Assembly: GCF_000016745.1 (NCBI RefSeq)
Contig: NC_009483.1
Location: forward strand, 4,860,001-4,892,000
DNA from: Geotalea uraniireducens Rf4
GTDB taxonomy: Bacteria > Desulfobacterota > Desulfuromonadia > Geobacterales > Geobacteraceae
Direction: 5' to 3'
DNA: 32,000 nt
The notes beneath the pieces are model-generated. The model made no database searches, was not told where the DNA came from, and was given only the letters and a program-made list of their open reading frames with translations. Below, piece by piece: positions 6,889-15,995 of the stretch. Each line of letters starts with the position of its first letter. Position 1 is the stretch's first letter. A program made the position numbers and the translations under genes.

Positions 6889-8703
6889 TTAAAATCTCAC
6901 ATCCACTAACGAATTATTGCCTGTAGTCAGATAACTGACTCGCTGTTCCGCTCCATCATCGGTCGGTCCCGCCACGTTGGTAAAGTTTTTATGAGACTGA
7001 TTCCGGGGCACCCATTTTTCATCCCCGAACGACTGGTTGAAACCATGCCCGACGCCGGTCTGGACATCGAATTTGTCCATGGTCAGATTCTGCTTCAACA
7101 AGGTCTCCTTGAGGCTGTCCAGGTTACCCATGAGGGCATCTTTCACCATCCGGTTTTCCGCCACGATTTCAACTTTTAGCCGCTGATCCACCATGCTGAC
7201 GTTGATTTTCAGCTCCCCCAGTTCAGCCGGCTTTAGGGAAATGGTAATCTGGTTGCGTCCCTTTGCATCGTGGGTAGCCATACCGTCTTTTACCTGGGCA
7301 AGGATGCTTTCCGACAACGCAGTTTTTGTCCCTTCCGTTTTTGGCTGAGGCTCGGGGACGGAAAAGTTCTTCGGAACATCGGTAACTGCTCCGTTATGAA
7401 GGGTCCCCGGCATTTTTTCATTCATGCCGGATCTGCTGCTGTTCTCCCCGTCAAAAAACTCTTTACGGGAAGACGGTTCCTGAAAAACGACTTCTACCTT
7501 GGCAGTGTCAGGCGTCGTGGCAATGGAGTCCGCACTTTTCGCCTCGGACGATTCAGCTACCCCGTGCAGATGCTGGTTGGTCTCGTAACGCACCTGGTGG
7601 ACGGCTTTTTCCTGGGCCGACTTTGCGATGACAACGGGATCAGACGGGGACTGTGCTGGCGATTGCTGCTGGTTGGTCTCGGGCTGCGTCGTCACCAAAG
7701 GTTCGGTAATTACCGGTATTTGAACTTCACCGGCATTGTTCCCGGAACCTTGAAGAGCGGAAGCTGCTTGCGCCGGAGTTGCTGTCAGTGGCGGTTGTGA
7801 AGGGACAGTTTGTCCGGCTGCATTGACATTAACCTGTTGCGGAGAGGAGGTTTCGGGAGCTTTTGCAACAAATTGAACCGTTTCCGGAAAAACCGTATGG
7901 CTACTTGATTGGGGAAGCGGTTTTGCATCGCCGGCTACGGGTTCGCCAGGCTGGGCAGCTGCATTTTCGGCCTTCGACATAATGGCAGCTGTAACGTCTG
8001 GTTTTGCCGGGGGATGAAAGGTGTCCGGTAATTCATGGTTGTCTGCCCGCGGAGGCAGCTTCGGAGCAACCATGACCGGTTGGGCAGCAGAGGCAGGCTG
8101 CTCAGCTGCCGGCGCGGGATTTGACTGCTGTAGCACGATATCGACGGGCGACGCATCCTTGCTTGCCATTGACGGTTGCGGAATTAACGGTGTCGGTTTT
8201 GCAGCAGGAAGGACACTGTCAGGCAACACCACCTCTTCTTCGGTTTTAACAACGCCGCCTTGCTGTTGAGCAACCGTTGCCGCGGGATTAAGCCCTTCTG
8301 CAACAGCCGTCGTTCCCACCGATTCCGTTTGTGCAGCCATATCCTGCATCTGGCTTGGCAGGATTGACGCCATGGCCATCGGCATCCCATTGGCCGCAAT
8401 CATCATGGGTAAAGGGAGTTCATTGGTTGCGGATGATGATTCTTCCGTCTCCGATTCCTTTTTCCCGGGCTTCACAGCAACTGTCGCCTCTTCCGGTACT
8501 GCCGGCATACCGCTTTTGCCGACAAGCTCCTCCATCGCCATGCCCGGTGGGGATGACGACGCCATCTCCCGCAACAGTGCGGCAAATGCGCTGCTGCCTG
8601 ATGGAGTCCGCACCGGGACATGCCCCGTTTTGTCAGAAGTCATCAGGCCTGCACCGGGAAGCGCGGGGGGGAGCGACTGCGGAATGATTTGCATTATTTC
8701 CAT
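6889..8703 (-). CDS. fliK: Flagellar hook-length control protein FliK
   Basis: Long Pro/Ala/Gln-rich low-complexity body plus a C-terminal Flg_hook-type domain (ITISLKPAELGELKINVSMVDQRLKVEIVAENRMVKDAL). I set the start at ATG 8703 after AAGGAGGTG. Confidence 0.8.
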   Translation of the reverse strand: MEIMQIIPQSLPPALPGAGLMTSDKTGHVPVRTPSGSSAFAALLREMASSSPPGMAMEELVGKSGMPAVPEEATVAVKPGKKESETEESSSATNELPLPMMIAANGMPMAMASILPSQMQDMAAQTESVGTTAVAEGLNPAATVAQQQGGVVKTEEEVVLPDSVLPAAKPTPLIPQPSMASKDASPVDIVLQQSNPAPAAEQPASAAQPVMVAPKLPPRADNHELPDTFHPPAKPDVTAAIMSKAENAAAQPGEPVAGDAKPLPQSSSHTVFPETVQFVAKAPETSSPQQVNVNAAGQTVPSQPPLTATPAQAASALQGSGNNAGEVQIPVITEPLVTTQPETNQQQSPAQSPSDPVVIAKSAQEKAVHQVRYETNQHLHGVAESSEAKSADSIATTPDTAKVEVVFQEPSSRKEFFDGENSSRSGMNEKMPGTLHNGAVTDVPKNFSVPEPQPKTEGTKTALSESILAQVKDGMATHDAKGRNQITISLKPAELGELKINVSMVDQRLKVEIVAENRMVKDALMGNLDSLKETLLKQNLTMDKFDVQTGVGHGFNQSFGDEKWVPRNQSHKNFTNVAGPTDDGAEQRVSYLTTGNNSLVDVRF

Positions 8704-8804
8704 TGTTTTCACCTCCTTTCTCTGTGGGATGGGTCGAGGTTATAATCCCCCGACATAACTCTATGAGCGGCACCCGACTGCCGGAGTGCGCGGTTTATCC
8801 TTCA

Positions 8805-9350
8805 TTACCTGGCGACGATGTTCTCCCTGGTCCACGTCAGAACCCGCGGCTGGTTGAGATAGGGGATGAGTTTCACGACCGTTTTCTGGTCCATCCGGTC
8901 GAGCATCTCGATGACCAGGGATTCGTCCAGTTTGTCCAGCAGTTTCCCCGCCTCTTCAGGTCTGAGCGACTTGTATATCTTCAGCATCTTCTTGAAACGC
9001 TCGCTCTCCTCTTTTTTCTTGGCCTGCACGGAGGCGTCCATCGCCTTCCTGGCAGCGTTCAACCCGTTTATCCGGCTCTCCAGGCTGGCGGACATTTTAT
9101 TAAGTTCCTCTTCCTTGACCTTTAAGGCGGCTTCTTTCTCCATCAATTGCTGCCTTTTCGTCTCCAGCGCCGCAGCCTCATCACTTTCGGGCCTGGACGG
9201 AGATACGGCACGCACGGCGCCCCGTTCCGCGGTTTTGGAGGCAGTTTGACTTGCAGCCTGAGCGCCCCTGCGCACAGAGGAAAAATCCATGTCAGACAGC
9301 CAGAGCAACATAATAATCGTCAGGGAAATCAGAAATATAAACTTTTTCAT
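8805..9350 (-). CDS. MotE/YlxF-like flagellar protein (signal anchor, coiled coil, MgtE_N-like C-terminus)
   Basis: 181 aa with an N-terminal hydrophobic anchor, a Lys/Glu coiled coil, and FKKMLKIYKSLRPEEAGKLLDKLDESLVIEMLDRMDQKTVVKLI. It occupies the ylxF slot between fliJ and fliK, with an ATGA overlap with fliJ. Confidence 0.55.
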   Translation of the reverse strand: MKKFIFLISLTIIMLLWLSDMDFSSVRRGAQAASQTASKTAERGAVRAVSPSRPESDEAAALETKRQQLMEKEAALKVKEEELNKMSASLESRINGLNAARKAMDASVQAKKKEESERFKKMLKIYKSLRPEEAGKLLDKLDESLVIEMLDRMDQKTVVKLIPYLNQPRVLTWTRENIVAR

Positions 9351-9793
9351 CTTTTGCCATGCCCGGTCTTCTGAATGGATATCTCGTCAAGAAAATGCCT
9401 CTCCTTTTCCGCAATACCCTGGTTATACGCCCGGATTTTACGATCCTTGAAAGCTTCCAGCACTTTCTTGTCCTTGGCTGCATCGAGAAGGGTTTCTCTC
9501 TTTTCTGTCATTTTTCTTTCAAGGGAAATTACCGCCTGACGATGCTCCCGAATGTCCACTGTTTTTTTCCGGCTGAAATCGGCATAAAGCAGTAATTCAG
9601 CCGCGGATATGCCGTCTTTCTGCTTGTCGGCGAATTCGTGAATAAGATGGCTCATGGCCTCTTCTTCCTTCATCAGCTGCTCGTTGGCACCCTCGAATTC
9701 CTGTTTTGCAGTGGCGAAATCAATCTTCCGCATCTTCTCCACTTCCATGCGGAAGTTGAGGACCTGATCAAGTTCAAACCCCTTTTTTGCCAT
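9347..9793 (-). CDS. fliJ: Flagellar export chaperone FliJ
   Basis: 148-aa charged coiled-coil protein (LDQVLNFRMEVEKMRKIDFATAKQEF...) directly after fliI. Start is ATG 9793 after GAGGTG; the ORF track uses TTG 9805. Confidence 0.7.
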   Translation of the reverse strand: MAKKGFELDQVLNFRMEVEKMRKIDFATAKQEFEGANEQLMKEEEAMSHLIHEFADKQKDGISAAELLLYADFSRKKTVDIREHRQAVISLERKMTEKRETLLDAAKDKKVLEAFKDRKIRAYNQGIAEKERHFLDEISIQKTGHGKR

Positions 9794-9872
9794 GACGCAC
9801 CTCAATAGCTACTCAATCTGTTTCACAACGTCGCGGATTGAAACGACCTTCTCCTGAACTGCCGCCAGCCCC

Positions 9873-11204
9873 TCACAACGCCATGGAAGCATCGAAAATC
9901 TCTGCCAATGAGGCCACGGCGGCGTCCACCTCCACGCCGTCGTTGACATCCTGCTTCAGATAGGAATTCATATGCTCTATCTTGGCAATGGCGTAATCGA
10001 TCTTCGGATTGCTCCCCGGCTTATAGGCACCGATATTTATCAGGTCTTCGGCCTGGCGATAGGTTGCAAGCACCCCTTTGAACCCGCCTGCCAGTTTCTG
10101 GTGCTCCCTGGAAGTGACATCCATCATAACCCGGCTGGCGCTATTGAGAACATCTATGGGAGGATAGATGTTTCTGGCTGCCAACTCCCGGGACAGTATG
10201 ATGTGCCCGTCGAGAATGCTGCGCATGGCATCGGAAACCGGTTCGTTAAAATCATCCCCTTCAACAAGTACCGTGTAGAGCCCGGTAATACTCCCGCCGT
10301 GAAAATTTCCCGCCCGCTCCAGCAATTTGGGAAGAGCGGCGAAGACCGACGGCGTATACCCCTTCGTGGTCGGCGGCTCACCTATTGCCAGCCCCACCTC
10401 CCGCATGGCCATGGCAAAGCGGGTGGCGGAATCCATCATCAGCAGCACCTTTTTCCCCTGTGCCTGAAAATACTCGGCAATGGTAGTGGCGATATACGCT
10501 CCGCGCATCCGTACCAGCGGCGGCTGGTCCGAGGTAGCCACCACCACCACCGACTTCTTCAGACCTTCCTCCTGCAAATCCTTTTCGATAAACTCCCGGA
10601 GTTCCCTCCCGCGCTCACCGATGAGTGCGATCACATTGACATCCGCCTCGGTATAGCGGGCAATCATGCCGAGCAGGGTCGATTTGCCGACCCCCGATCC
10701 GGCCATTATCCCCACACGCTGTCCCTCGCCACAGGTCAGAAGGCCGTTTATGGCCCTGATGCCGAGATCGAGCGGTTCGCGGATCGGACGACGCTTCATG
10801 GGGTTTACCGGCATGGCGTAGATGGGATATTCTTCGCCGGTAATAATCGCCCCCCGGTCATCAATCGGCGACCCGAGCCCGTCTATGACACGCCCCAGGA
10901 GAGCCGGTCCTACGCCTAGCGAGGCTTTTTCCCGTCGCACCGATATCAGGCTGCCCAACCCCACACCACGCAACTCTCCCAATGGCATCAGAAGGGTCTT
11001 GTTGTCGCGGAAACCAACCACCTCGGCAGGGATCGGATCGCTCCCATGGGAATTAATCTCACAGAGCGTCCCGACAGCGGTTTCCGGGCAAAATCCTTCG
11101 ATAACGAGCCCCACCACCTGCGTCACCTTGCCGTGAAGCCTTATCGGCTTCACCGCTTCGACGGCGTGCATAAAACGGCTTAAATCAATCTTGCTGAGAG
11201 ACAT
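9873..11204 (-). CDS. fliI: Flagellum-specific ATPase FliI
   Basis: Walker A GSGVGKST, Walker B KVLLMMDS, and F1/T3SS ATPase blocks (PPTTKGYTPSVFAALPKLLERAG). Start is ATG 11204; the ORF track uses TTG 11219. Confidence 0.95.
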   Translation of the reverse strand: MSLSKIDLSRFMHAVEAVKPIRLHGKVTQVVGLVIEGFCPETAVGTLCEINSHGSDPIPAEVVGFRDNKTLLMPLGELRGVGLGSLISVRREKASLGVGPALLGRVIDGLGSPIDDRGAIITGEEYPIYAMPVNPMKRRPIREPLDLGIRAINGLLTCGEGQRVGIMAGSGVGKSTLLGMIARYTEADVNVIALIGERGRELREFIEKDLQEEGLKKSVVVVATSDQPPLVRMRGAYIATTIAEYFQAQGKKVLLMMDSATRFAMAMREVGLAIGEPPTTKGYTPSVFAALPKLLERAGNFHGGSITGLYTVLVEGDDFNEPVSDAMRSILDGHIILSRELAARNIYPPIDVLNSASRVMMDVTSREHQKLAGGFKGVLATYRQAEDLINIGAYKPGSNPKIDYAIAKIEHMNSYLKQDVNDGVEVDAAVASLAEIFDASMAL

Positions 11205-11994
11205 CTCTGTAATCCTCAATCACCGTTTTCTCCGGGGAATCGATGAGAAAGCTGCGTTCCTCCGTGAAGCGCCGGAAAATCTCGTCAATCTGAGCATCAA
11301 TCCTTGCGTCTATCGCCCCCATTGACGTATCGACCAGACAACCGCCGCTGGGAATGTTTTCATCCGCTTTGAGCGTCATCCGTCGTTTCTCGTTTGCGCC
11401 GGGAGAAAACTGCTTGTTGTCGGCGACTATCTCGTAATCGGCCGGATTCAGCCTGACGACGACTTCATCACCGTCGGAAACGTTGCTCACCGCCTCTTTT
11501 ACGATGCTTACCAGTATCCTCCGGTCAATGGATATCTCCTGAAGAATGATCTTTCTTGCTATCATAACGGCAAGAGTGAGCAGATCTTCTTCACTTTCCT
11601 GCATGACTTTCTGCCGTAGGCCGCCCGTGCTGAGCAGGGCTTTTGCCAGGGCCTCGCTCACCTTGGACAGAGACTCTTCGGCCTGGCGACTTCCTTCGCG
11701 AACCCCTTCATTAAAAGCCGCCTGCACTTTCCTCGCTGCCTCTTCCTCGGAAATCCCGGGAATAATTTCTTCCTCTGCCGCCTCTACCGGCGCTGCATCC
11801 GCCTCGGAGTCATCTTCCCCGACGCGTATTGCATCCTGCTCTCTGCATCTGCCGAGGAGGATCGGGACAAAGTTGTCGCCGGCCTCGCAACTCACAGCTT
11901 CAAAGTCCTCTTTCTCCGTCAACTCCTGGAAGTTGAAGCAAACAAAGCCTTCCTCTTCAGAGCGATTCAACTTGATAATATTAGACGAGGACAT
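11185..11994 (-). CDS. fliH: Flagellar assembly protein FliH
   Basis: Acidic N-terminus followed by a FliH/ATPase-E-like region (EEDLLTLAVMIARKIILQEISIDRRILVSIVKEAV), located between fliG and fliI. Start is ATG 11994, overlapping the fliG end. Confidence 0.8.
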   Translation of the reverse strand: MSSSNIIKLNRSEEEGFVCFNFQELTEKEDFEAVSCEAGDNFVPILLGRCREQDAIRVGEDDSEADAAPVEAAEEEIIPGISEEEAARKVQAAFNEGVREGSRQAEESLSKVSEALAKALLSTGGLRQKVMQESEEDLLTLAVMIARKIILQEISIDRRILVSIVKEAVSNVSDGDEVVVRLNPADYEIVADNKQFSPGANEKRRMTLKADENIPSGGCLVDTSMGAIDARIDAQIDEIFRRFTEERSFLIDSPEKTVIEDYRDVSQQD

Positions 11995-12973
11995 CGTCAC
12001 CCCCGCGGCCTGCAATAACCACCTTTCCTTCCTCTTCCATTTTCCTCACGACTTTTATGATCTCGGACTGGGCCTTTTCCACGTCCGAAAGCCGTACCGG
12101 CCCCAATACCTCCAGGTCCTCCCGGATCATATCCGCTGCACGGGAGGAGATATTGCGGAAGATCTTATCCTTCACATCGTCCGGTGAAGTCTTCATGGCC
12201 AGGGTCAGGGTATCGTTGCTCACCTCGCGCATGATCGACTGAATAGCCCGATCATCCAGCTTGAAGATATCTTCAAAGGTAAAGAGATGTTTGCGGATTA
12301 CCTCCGCCAGAGGCTGATTGAGGACATCGAGTCGATCGAGGATCTTCTTCTCTCTGCTCCGGTCAAGGTAGCCAAACATATCCACCACCTTTTCCACGCC
12401 CCCCACCTTGAACCTCTGGATTCCGCCAAGGGACGTCAATTCCTTGCGTATGACCTCGTCGATTTCGGCAATAATTTCCGGTGAAACCTGGTCAACCTCG
12501 GCAATACGTATCACTACGTCGGCCTGAAGCTCTTGGGGGAGAAGCCCGATTATTTCACTGGTCTGTTTCGGCTTCAGCTTGGCAAGTATGACTGCAATGG
12601 TCTGGGGGTGTTCTTGGGAAAAAAAGTTGGCGATGGTTTTTGAATCCATGCTGGCAAGGACATCCACCATATCCCCGATGCTGGAGGTACGCAGTTCCTG
12701 GAGAAGGCTTTGCGCTTTTTGCACGCCGAGAGCCTTTTCCAGGATCTTCTTGACAAACTCTTCTCCCTGGGAAAAAAACCCGGATTCCGGGTTGGTAATG
12801 TCGGTAAACTCGCTAACCACGGCTTGGATCTCTTCACGCGAAACATGACCCAGCCGCGCCATGCTCTGGCTGATTTTTTTTATATCGACATCGTCCATAT
12901 GTTCAAATACCTTGCTCGTCGCTTCAGGCCCAAGGTATATGAGCAGTATCGCCGCCTTATCGGCTCCGGTCAT
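11981..12973 (-). CDS. fliG: Flagellar motor switch protein FliG
   Basis: LTGADKAAILLIYLGPEATSKVFEHMDDVDIKKIS at the N-terminus and a C-terminal torque-helix region (RAADMIREDLEVLGPVRLSDVEKAQSEII). Confidence 0.95.
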   Translation of the reverse strand: MTGADKAAILLIYLGPEATSKVFEHMDDVDIKKISQSMARLGHVSREEIQAVVSEFTDITNPESGFFSQGEEFVKKILEKALGVQKAQSLLQELRTSSIGDMVDVLASMDSKTIANFFSQEHPQTIAVILAKLKPKQTSEIIGLLPQELQADVVIRIAEVDQVSPEIIAEIDEVIRKELTSLGGIQRFKVGGVEKVVDMFGYLDRSREKKILDRLDVLNQPLAEVIRKHLFTFEDIFKLDDRAIQSIMREVSNDTLTLAMKTSPDDVKDKIFRNISSRAADMIREDLEVLGPVRLSDVEKAQSEIIKVVRKMEEEGKVVIAGRGGDDVLV

Positions 12974-12993
12974 GTAACACCTCTAACAACTGT

Positions 12994-14571
12994 TTAATCT
13001 TTGTGAGACAACCAGTTTTGCAGGATTTGCGCTACCTGATAAGGGTCCTGCTTGACCTTTTCAATCAATTCCAATTGGTTGAGACTCTGCATCTCCAGTT
13101 GCTGTTTATGCACTTCGGCCAGCTGCATCGCCGCATCATCTTCGGGCAGCGGCTGGAAAGTAGAAGCGGCCTTGTGCGGTTTCAACGTTTTCAACAGCGG
13201 CCGGATTACGAGGAAAAGAAGGGCGAAAAAGCCTAAGGCAATCAACAGGTTTTTCAAGAGCGCCTGCATTATCGGCGCATTCCACCATTTATCCTGATCG
13301 CTTGCCCCGCCGTCGTCGGTTTCCTGGAAGGGGATATTGGCAACCGTTACCTGATCGCCACGCTCTGCATTAAACCCGACTGCGCTTTTGACGAGGGCTT
13401 CGATTTTCTGCAGCTCATCGGGAGTGCGCGGCTGATATTTGGCCTTGGCCGTTGCGCCTTCTTTGGCGCTTGCCGGCGCCACATACTTGCCGTCAACAAG
13501 AATTGCTACGGATACCTTGTTCATGCTCCCGACCGGTTCGATAATCCGGGCAGTCGAGCGGCTCACCTCGTAATTGAGGGTTTCATCGCTCTTTGACCCC
13601 CCGCCGGAAGTGACTCCTGCAGGAGCGGCCTTCGCCATGTTAGACTGCACGCCGGGAACACCTGCGGCAACGGTGGACGCCCCCCCCTTTTCCTCGCTGC
13701 GCTGCTCGCTGCGTACAGCGGCGGATTCGGGGTCGTATCTCTCTTCATATTTTTCTACCTGCTTAAAATCGAACGTTGCTGAAACGCGCGCCACCGACTT
13801 GCCTGTCCCCACAACCTTGTCCAAGAGTGTCTGCAGCCGATCTTCAAGGTTCTTTTCATAAGTTCTCTGGGTTTCCTGCATGGTGCTGGTCATCTTGCTC
13901 GTAAGGTCCGAAGCGCCTACTTTACTCAGCATTTTCCCGCGACTGTCAAGAACTGTCACGTTTTCAGGGTCCATCCCCTCGATGGAAGAAGCCACCAGGT
14001 GCACAACACCCTGCACTTCGTTTTCGCGAAGCGTGTGGTTCGACTTCATCTTCAGCACAACAGAAGCGGTCGTTGGCTTTTCATTGTCCTTGAACAGGGA
14101 TTTTTCTGCTATCGCCAGGTGAACCCGGGCCTGTTCCACACCGGCAAGCTGAGCGATGGTGCGTGACAACTCTCCCTGCAAAGCGCGTTGATAGTTAAGC
14201 TTCTGGACGAACTCCGTCATGCCGAAATTTTTCCGGTCGAATATCTCAAATCCTACCCCGCCCCCTTGGGGAAGCCCTTCGCTCGCCAGCGAGAGCCGCA
14301 AATCATAAACCTTGTCGGATGGGACAAGAATTGCTTTGCCATCAGCGGCGATCTGATATGGGACTTTCTGGTCCTTGAGTTTTTTGACGATCTCACCGGC
14401 ATCTTCGGTAGTCAGGTTGGCGAACAAAGGACGATAATCGGTCTTGTTGGCGACTACGATCAGAGCCGCAAAGGCCACGAGAGAAGCTACAGCAACCCCT
14501 GCCACAATCAGGCGTTTGGCTGGGGGGAGCGTAAGAAACGGTTCAAGCAGTTTTTTAAAACCTTCCTGCAT
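12994..14571 (-). CDS. fliF: Flagellar MS-ring protein FliF
   Basis: 525 aa with N- and C-terminal TM segments and the YscJ/FliF block (VPYQIAADGKAILVPSDKVYDLRLSLASEGLP). Confidence 0.95.
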   Translation of the reverse strand: MQEGFKKLLEPFLTLPPAKRLIVAGVAVASLVAFAALIVVANKTDYRPLFANLTTEDAGEIVKKLKDQKVPYQIAADGKAILVPSDKVYDLRLSLASEGLPQGGGVGFEIFDRKNFGMTEFVQKLNYQRALQGELSRTIAQLAGVEQARVHLAIAEKSLFKDNEKPTTASVVLKMKSNHTLRENEVQGVVHLVASSIEGMDPENVTVLDSRGKMLSKVGASDLTSKMTSTMQETQRTYEKNLEDRLQTLLDKVVGTGKSVARVSATFDFKQVEKYEERYDPESAAVRSEQRSEEKGGASTVAAGVPGVQSNMAKAAPAGVTSGGGSKSDETLNYEVSRSTARIIEPVGSMNKVSVAILVDGKYVAPASAKEGATAKAKYQPRTPDELQKIEALVKSAVGFNAERGDQVTVANIPFQETDDGGASDQDKWWNAPIMQALLKNLLIALGFFALLFLVIRPLLKTLKPHKAASTFQPLPEDDAAMQLAEVHKQQLEMQSLNQLELIEKVKQDPYQVAQILQNWLSHKD

Positions 14572-14634
14572 GCAAACTCCGTATCAATCTACAAATCCGT
14601 TCTGTTGGTGGAATGTATTTCCCATGGGAACCGC

Positions 14635-14943
14635 TTATACCGGCATCCGCATAACCTCTTGATACGCCTCAACCGCCTTGTTGCGCACCTGGCTGAGAAA
14701 CTGGAAGGAAATGCTCGCCTTTTCCACGGCGAGCATAACCTCATGGAGCCCCTTGGATTCCCCGACGGCAAGACTCTGAATCGACTTGTCCGCCGTTACC
14801 TGCATTTCGTTTACCTTGCCGACCATTTCACCCAGATATTTGCTGAAATCTTCGGCCGGTGCAGCAACCTTGGTCTCTTTGGCAATGGGTGAGGGAAATG
14901 CACGTTCGACCCCAACCCCACTTTCAATCCCCTTTATTACCAT
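14635..14943 (-). CDS. fliE: Flagellar hook-basal body protein FliE
   Basis: 102 aa with C-terminus LHEVMLAVEKASISFQFLSQVRNKAVEAYQEVMRMPV. SD is AGGAGG. Confidence 0.85.
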   Translation of the reverse strand: MVIKGIESGVGVERAFPSPIAKETKVAAPAEDFSKYLGEMVGKVNEMQVTADKSIQSLAVGESKGLHEVMLAVEKASISFQFLSQVRNKAVEAYQEVMRMPV

Positions 14944-15001
14944 CTGCTCCTCCTGAAAAACTTGCTGTACATTTAACGCTTCCGAGCGCTTTCAGCGTGA
15001 T

Positions 15002-15442
15002 TTATCGTCCAAGTTCAAGGGTTTTCATCGCCATGCTCTTTGCCGCCTGAGCCGCCGTAACATTAGCCTCATAGGTTCGTGTGGCAGCAATCATATCCGC
15101 CATTTCCTCAACGACATTTACATTAGGCAGCGCCACATACCCTTGCTGGTTTGCATCGGGATGGGTCGGGTCATACTGCAATCGCGGCGGGTTCTGGTCT
15201 TCATTGATCTGCACTACGCCGACCTGTTGCGGCACCCCCCTGTTACCGGTTTTGCTGAAGACGGAACTGAAGGATTCGGCCACGGGCCGCGCAGAAAATA
15301 CCGCATCCTTGCGCCGGTACGGCCCGCCTTCAGCAGTCCTCGTCGAATTGGCATTGGCCAGGTTGCTGGAAATCAGGTTCATCCTGGTCCTCTCGGCAGT
15401 CAACGCAGAGGAACTGATATCCATTGACGTAAAGAAGTCCAT
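15002..15442 (-). CDS. flgC: Flagellar basal-body rod protein FlgC
   Basis: MDFFTSMDISSSALTAERTRMNLISSNLANANSTRT at the N-terminus and EEMADMIAATRTYEANV near the C-terminus. Confidence 0.95.
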   Translation of the reverse strand: MDFFTSMDISSSALTAERTRMNLISSNLANANSTRTAEGGPYRRKDAVFSARPVAESFSSVFSKTGNRGVPQQVGVVQINEDQNPPRLQYDPTHPDANQQGYVALPNVNVVEEMADMIAATRTYEANVTAAQAAKSMAMKTLELGR

Positions 15443-15865
15443 TTAGTTTCCTCCCCTTATGGCAGTTTTTATCCCGTCGAACTTTTTCCCCAAAAGCTGC
15501 ACTGTTGCGTTATACATGATCTGGTTTTCCACCATTCGCCCCATTTCATTCTCCAATTCGACCTTATTGCCGTCAACGCCGGGCGAACTCGCCGGTGTTT
15601 CGATCACACTTCCCCTGACACCGTCAATTGTCGTGCTCCCTCCGCGAAGAGGGATATGTCGCGGATTGGTAATCGATCCTTTATTTTTCCCTTTCCCTTT
15701 GAGCGCTTCTTTCAGCTCACCCTCAAAGGAAAGCTCGGTGGGCGTATAGCCGGGAGTTTCAGCATTGGCAAGGTTCGCCGAAATATGGCTATGGTTTCTG
15801 GCCCTCAGGTCAAGACTCTTGCTCAAGACATTAACTGTTACTCCAAAAATTCCATCAACCGGCAT
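15443..15865 (-). CDS. flgB: Flagellar basal-body rod protein FlgB
   Basis: LDLRARNHSHISANLANAETPGY and VELENEMGRMVENQIMYNA. Start is ATG 15865 after AAGGAGGTG; the ORF track uses TTG 15898. Confidence 0.9.
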   Translation of the reverse strand: MPVDGIFGVTVNVLSKSLDLRARNHSHISANLANAETPGYTPTELSFEGELKEALKGKGKNKGSITNPRHIPLRGGSTTIDGVRGSVIETPASSPGVDGNKVELENEMGRMVENQIMYNATVQLLGKKFDGIKTAIRGGN

Positions 15866-15995
15866 ATACACCTCCTTACCCATCTCGTATACTAGCAAAA
15901 CCCATACCAGTAAATTTCATCCGTCATTACAGATAGTTATACCCCGCAAGGCAGTTTGTCGCATTAATTTGGCCCTTCGTTTCCGAACAAAGTCA

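Noticed and set aside
8729-8741. Solitary GTCGAGGTTAT in the ylxF-like/fliK spacer, resembling the end of the heptamer array (TTCGAGGTTAT), and TTCGAGGAACG inside the TPR gene (about 16956-16966)
   Set aside because: These are single copies of 10-11 nt with no tandem structure or partner arm, and could easily occur by chance.
9972-10919. 315-aa plus-strand ORF
   Set aside because: It is antisense to fliI (Walker A/B present on the minus strand). Its Arg/His/Pro/Gly-rich composition shows no recognisable domain.
12957-12964. Perfect GCCGATAA (sigma-28 -10 consensus) on the minus strand
   Set aside because: It lies inside the first codons of fliG. No TAAA is present at the required 15-nt spacing upstream.
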